64,000 nt of DNA from Bryobacterales bacterium (lineage in GTDB: Bacteria; Acidobacteriota; Terriglobia; Bryobacterales; UBA6623). The notes below the pieces were generated by a model. That model saw only the letters and a list, made by a program, of their open reading frames with translations, was not told the DNA's origin and made no database searches. The stretch lies in the NCBI GenBank assembly GCA_040902925.1, contig JBBDWJ010000321.1, forward strand, positions 125-64,124. Reading direction: 5' to 3'. This document shows, in pieces, positions 41,955-50,510 of the stretch; within the stretch, counting starts at the first letter, position 1, and every line of letters starts with the position of its first letter. The position numbers were made by a program, and so were the translations under genes.

Positions 41955-42851
41955 TTAACGGCCGATGCTCGCGGAGGGCGCGGCCAGCCTGTGCCCGAGC
42001 AGGGCCAGGGCCACGCCTCCGAGGATCACTGTTGCGGAAATGGCGAGGCGCCACGTCAACTGCTCGCCCAGTAGGGCCGCGCCCGCGAGCGCGGCGATGA
42101 GCGGTACGGTGAGTTGGACGATGGCGGCTTGAGTCGTGGTCAATTCCTTCAGGGTCGTGTACCAGATGGCGCATCCGAGACCGGTGGTGACGGCGCCGGA
42201 AACCACGGCTAGCGCCAAGCCAGTCCAACTCGCGCGCGGCTGACTGACCAGCCAGACCACAAGCAGCATAGCGGCGCCCAGCGGGACGCCGCGCGCAAAG
42301 TTTCCCGCTGTTTCGGCGATGGGAGAACGGATTCCCTTTGCTGCTAGCGAATAGCAGGCCCAGGCCACACCGGACAGGGTCATCAACGCCGCCCCGTATA
42401 TTGAGGGAGCGGCCAGGCCCGGCGAGACGAGATACACCAAGCCTCCCAAGGCGAGCGCCAGGCCTATCCACTCGGGAGGTCTTGGGCGTTCGCCGCGAAT
42501 CACTCCCACGGTGATCATCGTGATCTGCACCGCGGCGAAAAGAATCAAAGCCCCCACTCCCGCGCTGAGGGAGACGTAGGCGAACGAGAAAACGATAGCG
42601 TAGCCGGCAAAGACCGCTGCGCCGGTCCAGGAGCCGTTCTCTCTCAGTGTGGCCAACGCCCGTCCGCGCGCGCCAACAACCAGGAACAACATCAGGGCAG
42701 CCGCGAAGATTCGTACCGCGGTGTAGGTAGCGCCGTCGATCTCGTTCTCACGCAGGGCGAGTCGAGCCAGCAAGGAATTGGATGCGAAGCAAACCATTGT
42801 CAGCGCCGTGAGCAGAATCGTGCGGAGAGAGTGGCCGGGCTGGAGTGTCAT
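41955..42851 (-). CDS. EamA/DMT-family transporter
   Basis: 10-TM duplicated EamA architecture. Start placed at MTLQPGHSLRTILLTALTMVCFASNSLLARL. The track ORF extends to 42965. Confidence 0.85.
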   Translation of the reverse strand: MTLQPGHSLRTILLTALTMVCFASNSLLARLALRENEIDGATYTAVRIFAAALMLFLVVGARGRALATLRENGSWTGAAVFAGYAIVFSFAYVSLSAGVGALILFAAVQITMITVGVIRGERPRPPEWIGLALALGGLVYLVSPGLAAPSIYGAALMTLSGVAWACYSLAAKGIRSPIAETAGNFARGVPLGAAMLLVVWLVSQPRASWTGLALAVVSGAVTTGLGCAIWYTTLKELTTTQAAIVQLTVPLIAALAGAALLGEQLTWRLAISATVILGGVALALLGHRLAAPSASIGR

Positions 42852-43063
42852 GTTGTTGGTTGGGCCGAGAGGTTGTTTGGAAGGCCTTGTTTGCAACGTG
42901 GGGACCTGTCCTGCTCGTCTTCGGCCTGACAATGCGGTGTATACTTCCCTTGTCCGGGAGCGCATCGGTTATCTGGCTAGGCCCACGAGAATTCGGCCTG
43001 GCCCAAGAGCGATCTGGCCGGGTCATCAGCGGAAAGCGGCCTTTCGGACGGGAGACGCGTTCT

Positions 43064-45559
43064 ATGTCGAGGCGGCGATTCGGGAAGGTGTTCGCGTACA
43101 CCTTCGCGCTTCTGCTCGAAAGCGTTGGCGCCGTTGTTTCCGCCCAGACGCCTCCCAGCCGTGCGCAGCCGAACGCGGCAGCCGTCGATGCCCGCGCGTT
43201 TCTCGATACCCACTGCATAGCTTGTCACAACCAGACAACCCGGACCGCCGGCCTTGCGCTCGACGGCTTGGACGCCTCCCGGCCTAGCGACAATTTCGAC
43301 GTGTGGGAGCGCGTGATCGAGAAGCTTCGGGCCGGCTCGATGCCGCCGCCCGGCATGCCGCGGCCGGAAGCGGCCACCTATCGCGCCGTCACCCGCTCGC
43401 TCGAAAACGAATTGGACCGCGCCTGGCTGAAGAGCCCGAATCCAGGCGCCATCAGTCCGGTGCATCGCCTGAATCGCACCGAATACAACAACGCGATTCG
43501 CGACCTGTTCGCGCTCGATCTCGACGTGAAGCCGCTGCTTCCTGGAGACGAAACAGCCGACGGCAGTTTCGATAATTTCGCCGAGGCGCTCTCGATTTCG
43601 ACGGCCCACCTCGATCGATACCTCTCGGTGGCTCGTCAGGTCACGCGGCTCGCCACCGGGATCGCTCCCTCATCGCCGAAGATCGAAAGATTCGAGATCC
43701 CGCTGCATGTGCTGCAGGACGACCGTCAAAGCGAAGACCTGCCGCTGGGATCGCGCGGCGGGATTGCGATCCGCTACAACTTTCCCGTCGACGGCGAGTA
43801 CTTCGTTAGAGTGCGGCTTCAGAGGCAATATCAGGATTACATCAAAGGCATGGGCTGGCAGCAGCAACTCGACGTTCGGCTCGATGGCAGGCTGCTAAAG
43901 CGATTCACCGTTGGCGGGGGCGCCCAAGGCAAGCCCGCCGGGGCGAGTTACGCCGGGGACGGCGAACCTGGCTTTGCCGGCGACGCCGAATGGGAAGAAT
44001 ACATGCAGGTGGGAGGAGACGCCGGGCTGGAAGTTCGCGTGCCGGTCGAGGCGGGCCCCCGCATCGTCGGCGTTTCTTTCGTGCGGCAATTTTGGGAACC
44101 GGAAGGATTGCCACAGCCGCTGCAAAGAGGCCGTGTGATCACGAATGACCAGGTCTACATGGGCTACGCCAACGTAGGCTCGGTGCAGATTGGAGGTCCT
44201 TACCGGATCGAGGGGCCGGCCAAGGATACTCCCAGCCGGCGCGCGATTTTTGTTTGCCAACCGCAGGCGCAAACGGAAGAGCGGGCTTGCGCCGCGCGGA
44301 TTCTCTCGAGAATCTCCCGGCTCGCCTATCGGCGGCCCGTGACGAACGCCGATGAGGGTACGCTGCTCGAATTCTTTGAGAGCGGACGCCGCGAGGGTGG
44401 CAGTTTTGACCACGGAATTCAGTTCGCCCTCGAGCGAATGCTGGTCGACCCCGACTTTCTGCTGCGTGTTCATCGCGAACCTCCCGGGCCTCGTGAAGCC
44501 GGGGCAGCGCAATCTACGTATCGGCTCGGCGATCTCGAATTGGCCTCGCGCTTGTCGTTCTTTCTGTGGAGCAGCATTCCGGATGAGCGTCTGCTGGCGC
44601 TGGCCGAGCGCGGGCAGCTCAGCGATTCGCAGACCCTGGAGAAAGAAGTACGGCGCATGCTGGCCGACGCGCGCGCCGTCGATGCTTTGGTGAACGACTT
44701 CGCCGCGCAGTGGTTGAATCTCCGCCGCATTGAAGAAGTGGTAGTCGATCCGGACCGCTATCCCAACTACGACGAGAGCCTGCTGCAGGCGTTCGAACGG
44801 GAGACGGAGCTGTTCGTCGCCAGCACGCTGCGCGAGGATCGCAGCGTTCTCGATTTGTTGGATGCGGATTACACGTTCGTCAATGAACGGTTAGCTCGGC
44901 ATTACGGCATCACGGGAATATACGGCAGCCGCTTCCGGCGAGTCGCTCTTCCGAACCACGATCAGCGCGGCGGCCTGCTCGCGCATGGGGCGCTGTTGGC
45001 GACGACATCGTATCCGGACCGCACTTCGCCGGTTTTGCGCGGCAAGTGGCTGCTCAATAATATCTTCGGCTTGCCGGTGCCGCCGCCACCTCCCGGCGTC
45101 GATACGAATCTCGAGAGCAAACCGGGCGTCAAACCAGAGACGATGCGTGAACGTCTGGCGCAGCATCGCCAGAACACCGCCTGCAACAGTTGCCATTCGG
45201 TGATCGATCCGCTGGGGTTCGCGCTCGAGAATTACGATGTGATTGGCGGCTGGCGGAGCGTCGACGAGGCGGGGCAAGCCGTCGATGCGAAAGGGTCCCT
45301 GACAAGCGGGGCGGAGTTTGAGGGTCTGGCCGGGTTGCGTGGAATGCTGCTTGAGCAACGCGATCTCTTTCCCCGCACGGTGGCCGAGAAGCTGCTGTCT
45401 TACGCGTTGGGCCGCCGGCTCGAACACTTCGACCGGCCGGCGGTCCGGCAAATCGTGCGCGCGGCCGCCGCCAACGACTACCGTTGGTCATCGATGATTC
45501 TCGGAATCGTGCAAAGTCCGACGTTCCTAAGGGGGAGATCGCAGCCGGCGTCGGATTGA
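43064..45559 (+). CDS. DUF1592/DUF1588/DUF1585-family protein with planctomycete-type cytochrome c motifs
   Basis: Start placed at MSRRRFGKVF, with GGGAGA upstream and a signal peptide. CIACH lies at about 43214-43228 and CNSCH at about 45182-45196, within the hallmark CHS.IDP.GFALENYD.IG.WR block. Confidence 0.88.
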   Translation: MSRRRFGKVFAYTFALLLESVGAVVSAQTPPSRAQPNAAAVDARAFLDTHCIACHNQTTRTAGLALDGLDASRPSDNFDVWERVIEKLRAGSMPPPGMPRPEAATYRAVTRSLENELDRAWLKSPNPGAISPVHRLNRTEYNNAIRDLFALDLDVKPLLPGDETADGSFDNFAEALSISTAHLDRYLSVARQVTRLATGIAPSSPKIERFEIPLHVLQDDRQSEDLPLGSRGGIAIRYNFPVDGEYFVRVRLQRQYQDYIKGMGWQQQLDVRLDGRLLKRFTVGGGAQGKPAGASYAGDGEPGFAGDAEWEEYMQVGGDAGLEVRVPVEAGPRIVGVSFVRQFWEPEGLPQPLQRGRVITNDQVYMGYANVGSVQIGGPYRIEGPAKDTPSRRAIFVCQPQAQTEERACAARILSRISRLAYRRPVTNADEGTLLEFFESGRREGGSFDHGIQFALERMLVDPDFLLRVHREPPGPREAGAAQSTYRLGDLELASRLSFFLWSSIPDERLLALAERGQLSDSQTLEKEVRRMLADARAVDALVNDFAAQWLNLRRIEEVVVDPDRYPNYDESLLQAFERETELFVASTLREDRSVLDLLDADYTFVNERLARHYGITGIYGSRFRRVALPNHDQRGGLLAHGALLATTSYPDRTSPVLRGKWLLNNIFGLPVPPPPPGVDTNLESKPGVKPETMRERLAQHRQNTACNSCHSVIDPLGFALENYDVIGGWRSVDEAGQAVDAKGSLTSGAEFEGLAGLRGMLLEQRDLFPRTVAEKLLSYALGRRLEHFDRPAVRQIVRAAAANDYRWSSMILGIVQSPTFLRGRSQPASD

Positions 45560-45575
45560 CGAGAGGACGACCGCT

Positions 45576-46907
45576 ATGTTCTTGACGAAAGCATTGTCGC
45601 GGCGCACGGTCCTGCGGGGGCTGGGAGTGACGGTCGGATTGCCGCTGCTCGATGCCATGATTCCCGCGCTGCAGCGGGCGCGCGCTGCCGCGAGGCCAGT
45701 GCAGCGATTTCAGGCGTTCTATGTGCCGAACGGCATGGCCATGGAATACTGGACGCCGAAAGGCGAGGGCGCAGGGTTCGAGTTGTCGCCCATCCTGGAG
45801 CCGCTTGCCGCGTACCGCGACCGGATGCTTGTGCTGTCGGGCCTGAAGGCGAATTGGAATTACATCCACGCGGGCGCATCGGGGTCGTTTCTCACCGGTA
45901 CGGCGCGCGGCGGGCGCAACGAGGTGGAGATTGTCGCCGACGTTTCGATGGACCAGATCCTCGCCCGGCATTTCGCCCAACAGACGCAGGTAGCTTCGCT
46001 GGAGCTTTCGATGGACGCTCCGGCGAACGCAGGGGCCTGCACGGGCAACCTGAGTTGCGTTTACACCCACACGCTCTCGTGGCGCAGCCCGACGCAGCCG
46101 TTGCCGATGGAGTGGAACCCGCGCGCGGTGTTCGAGAAGCTGTTCGGCGACAGCGGCAGCACCGAACCGGCGGCGCGCGAGGCGAGACTGCGGCAGCACC
46201 GGAGCATTCTCGATTCGGTGAACGGGAAGCTCGCGGATCTCAAGAAAGAACTCGGGCCGCGCGACCTGGTGAAGATCGACGAGTACACTGACGCGATTCG
46301 CGACGTGGAGCGGCGCATCGGAAGAGCCGAGGAGCAGCGCGATGTCGAGCTGCCGGCGATGGAGCAGCCGCAAGGCGCGCCGCCGGTCTTTGAAGACCAC
46401 CTGGCCTTGATGCTCGACTTGCAGTTGCTGGCGTTTCAGTCCGACCTCACGCGCGTTATCTCGTTCATGCTCGGCAAGGAGCAGAGCGCGCGGCCCTATC
46501 CGCAGATTGGCGTGCCCGAGGCGCACCACCCGCTTTCGCACCACAACAATGTTCCCGAGCTGATCGCGCAGATGTCCAAGATCAATCGCTATCACATGCA
46601 GTTGTTCTCGCAATACCTGGCGAAGCTCGCCGCGACGCCCGACGGCGACGGCTCGCTGCTGGACCACATCACGATCCTTTACGGCTCCGGAATTTCCAAC
46701 AGCACGATGCACTCGGGCGACAACTTGCCTCTGCTGCTGGTCGGCGGCGGCGCGGGACGATTTAAAGGCGGCCGCCATCTGGCCTACTCCAATGAACCTC
46801 CGATGGCGAACCTTCTTGTGACGCTCATGGACAAGCTTGACGTGCCGGTCGAACGCCTCGGCGGCAGCACGGGCAAGCTGCCGCTGGATACGCTTTCCGG
46901 AATTTAG
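45576..46907 (+). CDS. DUF1552-family protein with twin-arginine signal
   Basis: The N-terminus LSRRTVLRGLGVTVGLPLLDAM is typical of the family. It lies 16 nt downstream of the DUF1592 gene. Confidence 0.88.
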   Translation: MFLTKALSRRTVLRGLGVTVGLPLLDAMIPALQRARAAARPVQRFQAFYVPNGMAMEYWTPKGEGAGFELSPILEPLAAYRDRMLVLSGLKANWNYIHAGASGSFLTGTARGGRNEVEIVADVSMDQILARHFAQQTQVASLELSMDAPANAGACTGNLSCVYTHTLSWRSPTQPLPMEWNPRAVFEKLFGDSGSTEPAAREARLRQHRSILDSVNGKLADLKKELGPRDLVKIDEYTDAIRDVERRIGRAEEQRDVELPAMEQPQGAPPVFEDHLALMLDLQLLAFQSDLTRVISFMLGKEQSARPYPQIGVPEAHHPLSHHNNVPELIAQMSKINRYHMQLFSQYLAKLAATPDGDGSLLDHITILYGSGISNSTMHSGDNLPLLLVGGGAGRFKGGRHLAYSNEPPMANLLVTLMDKLDVPVERLGGSTGKLPLDTLSGI

Positions 46908-46913
46908 CAACGG

Positions 46914-48269
46914 ATGGGCGAGTTGAAGCACGTGATGACTGTTTGGCAGCGCTTGATTTTGGTGGCATGCGCCGGCGTCCTGCTCGGAGCCGGCGGCCGG
47001 CCGGCTTTGGTTGACGCGGCGCGGACCGCTGACTGGGTTGCGGTGCGGGCTTTGCTGACGGAGAGAGCCGAAGTCAATGCCGCCGAAGGAGACGGCAGCA
47101 CCGCGCTTCACTGGGCGTCGTATCACAACGATGTGGAAAGCGTCGAGCTGCTGATCCGCTCCGGCGCCGACGTGAATGTGTCGACTGATCTTAGGGTCAC
47201 GCCGCTATGGACGGCGAGCCTCAACGCCAGCGCGGAGATAGCGCAAAGACTGTTGGAGGCTGGGGCGAACCCCAACGCGGCGCTGCAGAGTGGCGAGACG
47301 CCGCTAATGGCGGCCTCCCGCTCGGGCAGCCCTGAAATCGTTGAGCAGTTGCTGGCCAAGGGCGCCAACGCGAACGCGCGAGCCGCCCGCCAGCAGACGG
47401 CGCTGATGTGGGCCGTGGCTCAGAAACACTCTGGCGTTGTAACAGTGTTGCTCGCGCACGGCGCCGACGTTCACGCCCGTTCCGAAGTGTGGAACCAGAT
47501 GATGGCCGTGCCGCCGCACGGTTATGCTCCCTACAACAAGATGATCCCGCATGGCGGTGACACGGCCTTGCTGTTTGCGGCGCGCGCTGGCGATCTCGCC
47601 TCGGCGAAACTGCTGATCGAGGCCGGGGCGGACGTCAACGATGCGGATGCCTGGGGCGTTAGCGCCACGGTTTTGGCCGCGCATTCCGGTTACCGGGAGC
47701 TCGTCGAATTCCTGCTTGAGAAAGGCGCCGATCCGAACAGGGTGGAAGCCGGCTTTAGCGCGCTGCACGTGGCTATCATGCGCCGCGATGAAAAGATGGT
47801 CAGCGCTCTGCTGGCCCGCGGCGCCGATCCGAATACGCCGCTGAGGACTTGGACCCCCACTCGCCGCTCTTCGCGCGACTTCCATTTTCCACCCGCCTTG
47901 GTCGGCGCTTCGCCGTTGTGGCTCGCGGCCCGGGTCAACGAAGCGGGCATTCTGCGGCTGTTGGCCAAACGCGGCGCCGATCCGCTATTCGTGCATCATG
48001 CCGATTACATGGCCGGGGAAAGCACTCGACGCCGCGTCGAAGCGACGACGGCATTGATGGCGGCGTTGGGAATGGGGGGCGGCGCAGCCTGGGTTCAGCA
48101 CGACTCGGGGGATCGCGAATCTCTGGCGCTCGAAACCGTGAAGCTGGCTGTGGAGCTGGGCGTTGACGTAGGTGCCGCCAACACCGATGGCCGCACGGCG
48201 TTGGATGCTGCCAAGGCTCTCAACTACGACACCGTGGTCAGCTTTCTCGTCGAGAACGGCGCCCGTTAA
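46914..48269 (+). CDS. Ankyrin-repeat protein with signal peptide (exported)
   Basis: It has at least 8 ANK units (GSTALHWASYHNDVESVELLIRSGADVN, etc.) and a hydrophobic N-terminus (WQRLILVACAGVLLGAGG). It lies 6 nt after the DUF1552 stop. Confidence 0.88.
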   Translation: MGELKHVMTVWQRLILVACAGVLLGAGGRPALVDAARTADWVAVRALLTERAEVNAAEGDGSTALHWASYHNDVESVELLIRSGADVNVSTDLRVTPLWTASLNASAEIAQRLLEAGANPNAALQSGETPLMAASRSGSPEIVEQLLAKGANANARAARQQTALMWAVAQKHSGVVTVLLAHGADVHARSEVWNQMMAVPPHGYAPYNKMIPHGGDTALLFAARAGDLASAKLLIEAGADVNDADAWGVSATVLAAHSGYRELVEFLLEKGADPNRVEAGFSALHVAIMRRDEKMVSALLARGADPNTPLRTWTPTRRSSRDFHFPPALVGASPLWLAARVNEAGILRLLAKRGADPLFVHHADYMAGESTRRRVEATTALMAALGMGGGAAWVQHDSGDRESLALETVKLAVELGVDVGAANTDGRTALDAAKALNYDTVVSFLVENGAR

Positions 48270-48292
48270 AATCCGAAACGGTCACGATCAGG

Positions 48293-50371
48293 TTATGGGG
48301 CGGGCGTACCCACGGCGTGCGGATACTCCCACACCTTTAGGGCCTCGCCCAGTCCACCAGCCGCGCGGATCTTACCGGCCGCATCGTACAGGCTGTAGAT
48401 CGCGCGCGCATGATCGTACTCGCCGGGCAGCGGGCCAAGCGCCACAAGCTCACGTGGGGCCAACAGCCCGGCTGCTTCCGGCATATCGGTGACGCGAAGG
48501 ACGTTGAGCAACGGCACGTCGTGCCAGTGCGTGGCCGGCGGATTGTCCACGATGACGCGGCTGACGCGGTTGTCCAACGCAGCGGCGTAGAGCGACAGAG
48601 CCGCCATCGTCTTGCGTCCAAACAGCGATACCGAATCGAGGCGGATTCCTTCCACTTCGGCGAGATAGTCGATCGACCGCAAAATATCCCACACCTGCAA
48701 GGTCTCGATCGTGCCCCCCATCAGCATGACGGTCCGTTCGAGAGATGCGCGGCGGTACTTGTCAATTGGGTAGTCGATAGCGCGCGGATAGAGCGTCAGC
48801 ACAACGTGATTGCCGAGAGCGGGCAGGATGCGATCCCAATCGACCGGGTAGATAACATCGTCAGGGCCTTTGACGAAGATCAGCACCGGGTAGGACTCGG
48901 CCTTCTGAAAAGGCACGAACAGCTCGGCCTGCACGCGCACGTCTTTCTCGGTGTTGAATTCGATGTCGAAGTGGTCCGCGTAGCGCTCGCTCCAGCCGCC
49001 GCGTTTCTTTTTCCATGGCTCGAATGACGCCTTGGTAGTAGGAAGCAGGCGAAAGACCTGGTCCTTGAGGCCTTCAATAATTTCGGAGCGGCGCTTCTTC
49101 CAGGCATCGAGGTTCGCGGGCCGCTCCATTTTGGCCGTGGGGATAAAGCCGCGGTCGATGCTTTCGTTGATTGCGTCGGGCGGATAGCTGTCGAGCACCC
49201 TGAGCGAGTCCGGCTTTTCCTTCTGAATGTCGCCTTCGTCAAACGGCGTCGTGTCGTCCTTGAGCCAGCGTCCGATCCACTCATTCGCCATCTTGCGGAA
49301 GGGCACGATGTCGCTGTGCGGCGCGTCGTGATCGTATTCGGTGACTTTTTCGGAAGCGTTGTACAGATCGTAAATGCGGCGCACGCGCTCATAAACGGCG
49401 TGATAGCCCACCGGCGGGAACATCGGATCGCGCTGCGCGCTGATGATGCGCAACGGCCGCGGGGCGATCAGGGCGCCGGCTAGCGGCAGATCCGCCTGAT
49501 AGGTATTTGGAAAATAAATGCAGTCGCAATTTTCGTGCAGCAGGTCGCCTTGCACCTGCTGGTCAACCGTCCATGTGGCGGCGACGGGGGCCGCAACTTG
49601 AATGCGCTCGTCCGCGGCCGCGCTGAACCATGAAATGGCGCCGCCGCCCGAAATGCCGGTCACCGCGATGCGCTTGGCATCGACCTCGGCCCGCGTTTCG
49701 AGATAGTCGATGGCGCGAATGGCGTTCCACACTTCGGGTCCGGCCGGCGTGTAGCCGAGCGTATACCAATGTGTCATGTCGAGATCGTGCGTGCCGTGAT
49801 GAATGCCCGAGAGCTCGCCGAATTCGACGGTATCGATCAGCAGCGCGACGTAGCCGTTTCGCGCGAGCCAAATGCCATGGTGCTGGTAGTCGACTTTGGC
49901 CCCCCAGGGGCCCGGCGAGTGTCCGCAAACATAGAGCACGGCCGGTAGGCGCTTATCGACTTTCGGCGGCAGATACAGATTGCCAGTGACGTAGAGCCCC
50001 GGCATGCTTTGGAACACAACCTTCTCGACGCGGTAGCCGTCGCGATCGAGGGTCCCGGTGGTCTTCGCTTGCAGGGGAGTCTTTGCGGGCATCGGATCCA
50101 GGCCCAGCATGGCGAGAAACTGCTGCTTGCGGCGCGGCCTTTCGCGCCGCCAATCGGCGAGAGTTTGGATTTCGGATAAGTGCTTGTGGGCGATTTCGGC
50201 GGCGCGCCGTTTTAGATTCTGTTGGAACATGCCATAACGCTGCTCCGCGTTGTGCCGGCTCGCGGCCTCTTGCGCCGGCGAGATGGCGGCGGCGGCGAGC
50301 AGGACCAAGATGGCGGTACACCCCGTCAGGATGACTATCCGAGAAGAATTAGCGGCGAAGGAGCGTTGCAT
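48293..50371 (-). CDS. Secreted alpha/beta hydrolase (acetyl-xylan-esterase / dienelactone-hydrolase-like) with extra C-terminal domain
   Basis: Signal peptide, nucleophile elbow GISGGG, and an AXE1-like N-terminal region. Confidence 0.8.
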   Translation of the reverse strand: MQRSFAANSSRIVILTGCTAILVLLAAAAISPAQEAASRHNAEQRYGMFQQNLKRRAAEIAHKHLSEIQTLADWRRERPRRKQQFLAMLGLDPMPAKTPLQAKTTGTLDRDGYRVEKVVFQSMPGLYVTGNLYLPPKVDKRLPAVLYVCGHSPGPWGAKVDYQHHGIWLARNGYVALLIDTVEFGELSGIHHGTHDLDMTHWYTLGYTPAGPEVWNAIRAIDYLETRAEVDAKRIAVTGISGGGAISWFSAAADERIQVAAPVAATWTVDQQVQGDLLHENCDCIYFPNTYQADLPLAGALIAPRPLRIISAQRDPMFPPVGYHAVYERVRRIYDLYNASEKVTEYDHDAPHSDIVPFRKMANEWIGRWLKDDTTPFDEGDIQKEKPDSLRVLDSYPPDAINESIDRGFIPTAKMERPANLDAWKKRRSEIIEGLKDQVFRLLPTTKASFEPWKKKRGGWSERYADHFDIEFNTEKDVRVQAELFVPFQKAESYPVLIFVKGPDDVIYPVDWDRILPALGNHVVLTLYPRAIDYPIDKYRRASLERTVMLMGGTIETLQVWDILRSIDYLAEVEGIRLDSVSLFGRKTMAALSLYAAALDNRVSRVIVDNPPATHWHDVPLLNVLRVTDMPEAAGLLAPRELVALGPLPGEYDHARAIYSLYDAAGKIRAAGGLGEALKVWEYPHAVGTPAP

Positions 50372-50438
50372 GCGCTGGTGGCCTCCTGAGGTGTGATTGT
50401 AGATGGCGCTGGCTTGCCGTGTCGTGACGGCGGATCAG

Positions 50439-50474
50439 AAAAAAAAGCCGGGGTCCATGGCGACAGACCCCGGC
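50439..50474 (-). terminator. Rho-independent terminator of the TonB-dependent receptor gene
   Basis: On the minus strand, GCCGGGGTC-(10 nt loop)-GACCCCGGC is followed by T8, about 35 nt after the stop codon. Confidence 0.85.
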
Positions 50475-50510
50475 TCAGGTGCGATCACGAGTGGTTCAGG
50501 CTCGTGAAAA

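Noticed and set aside
45129-47126. 665-aa minus-strand ORF
   Set aside because: It is antisense to the DUF1592 3' end, DUF1552 and the ankyrin 5' end. It is Arg-rich noise, and it spans three real gene boundaries.
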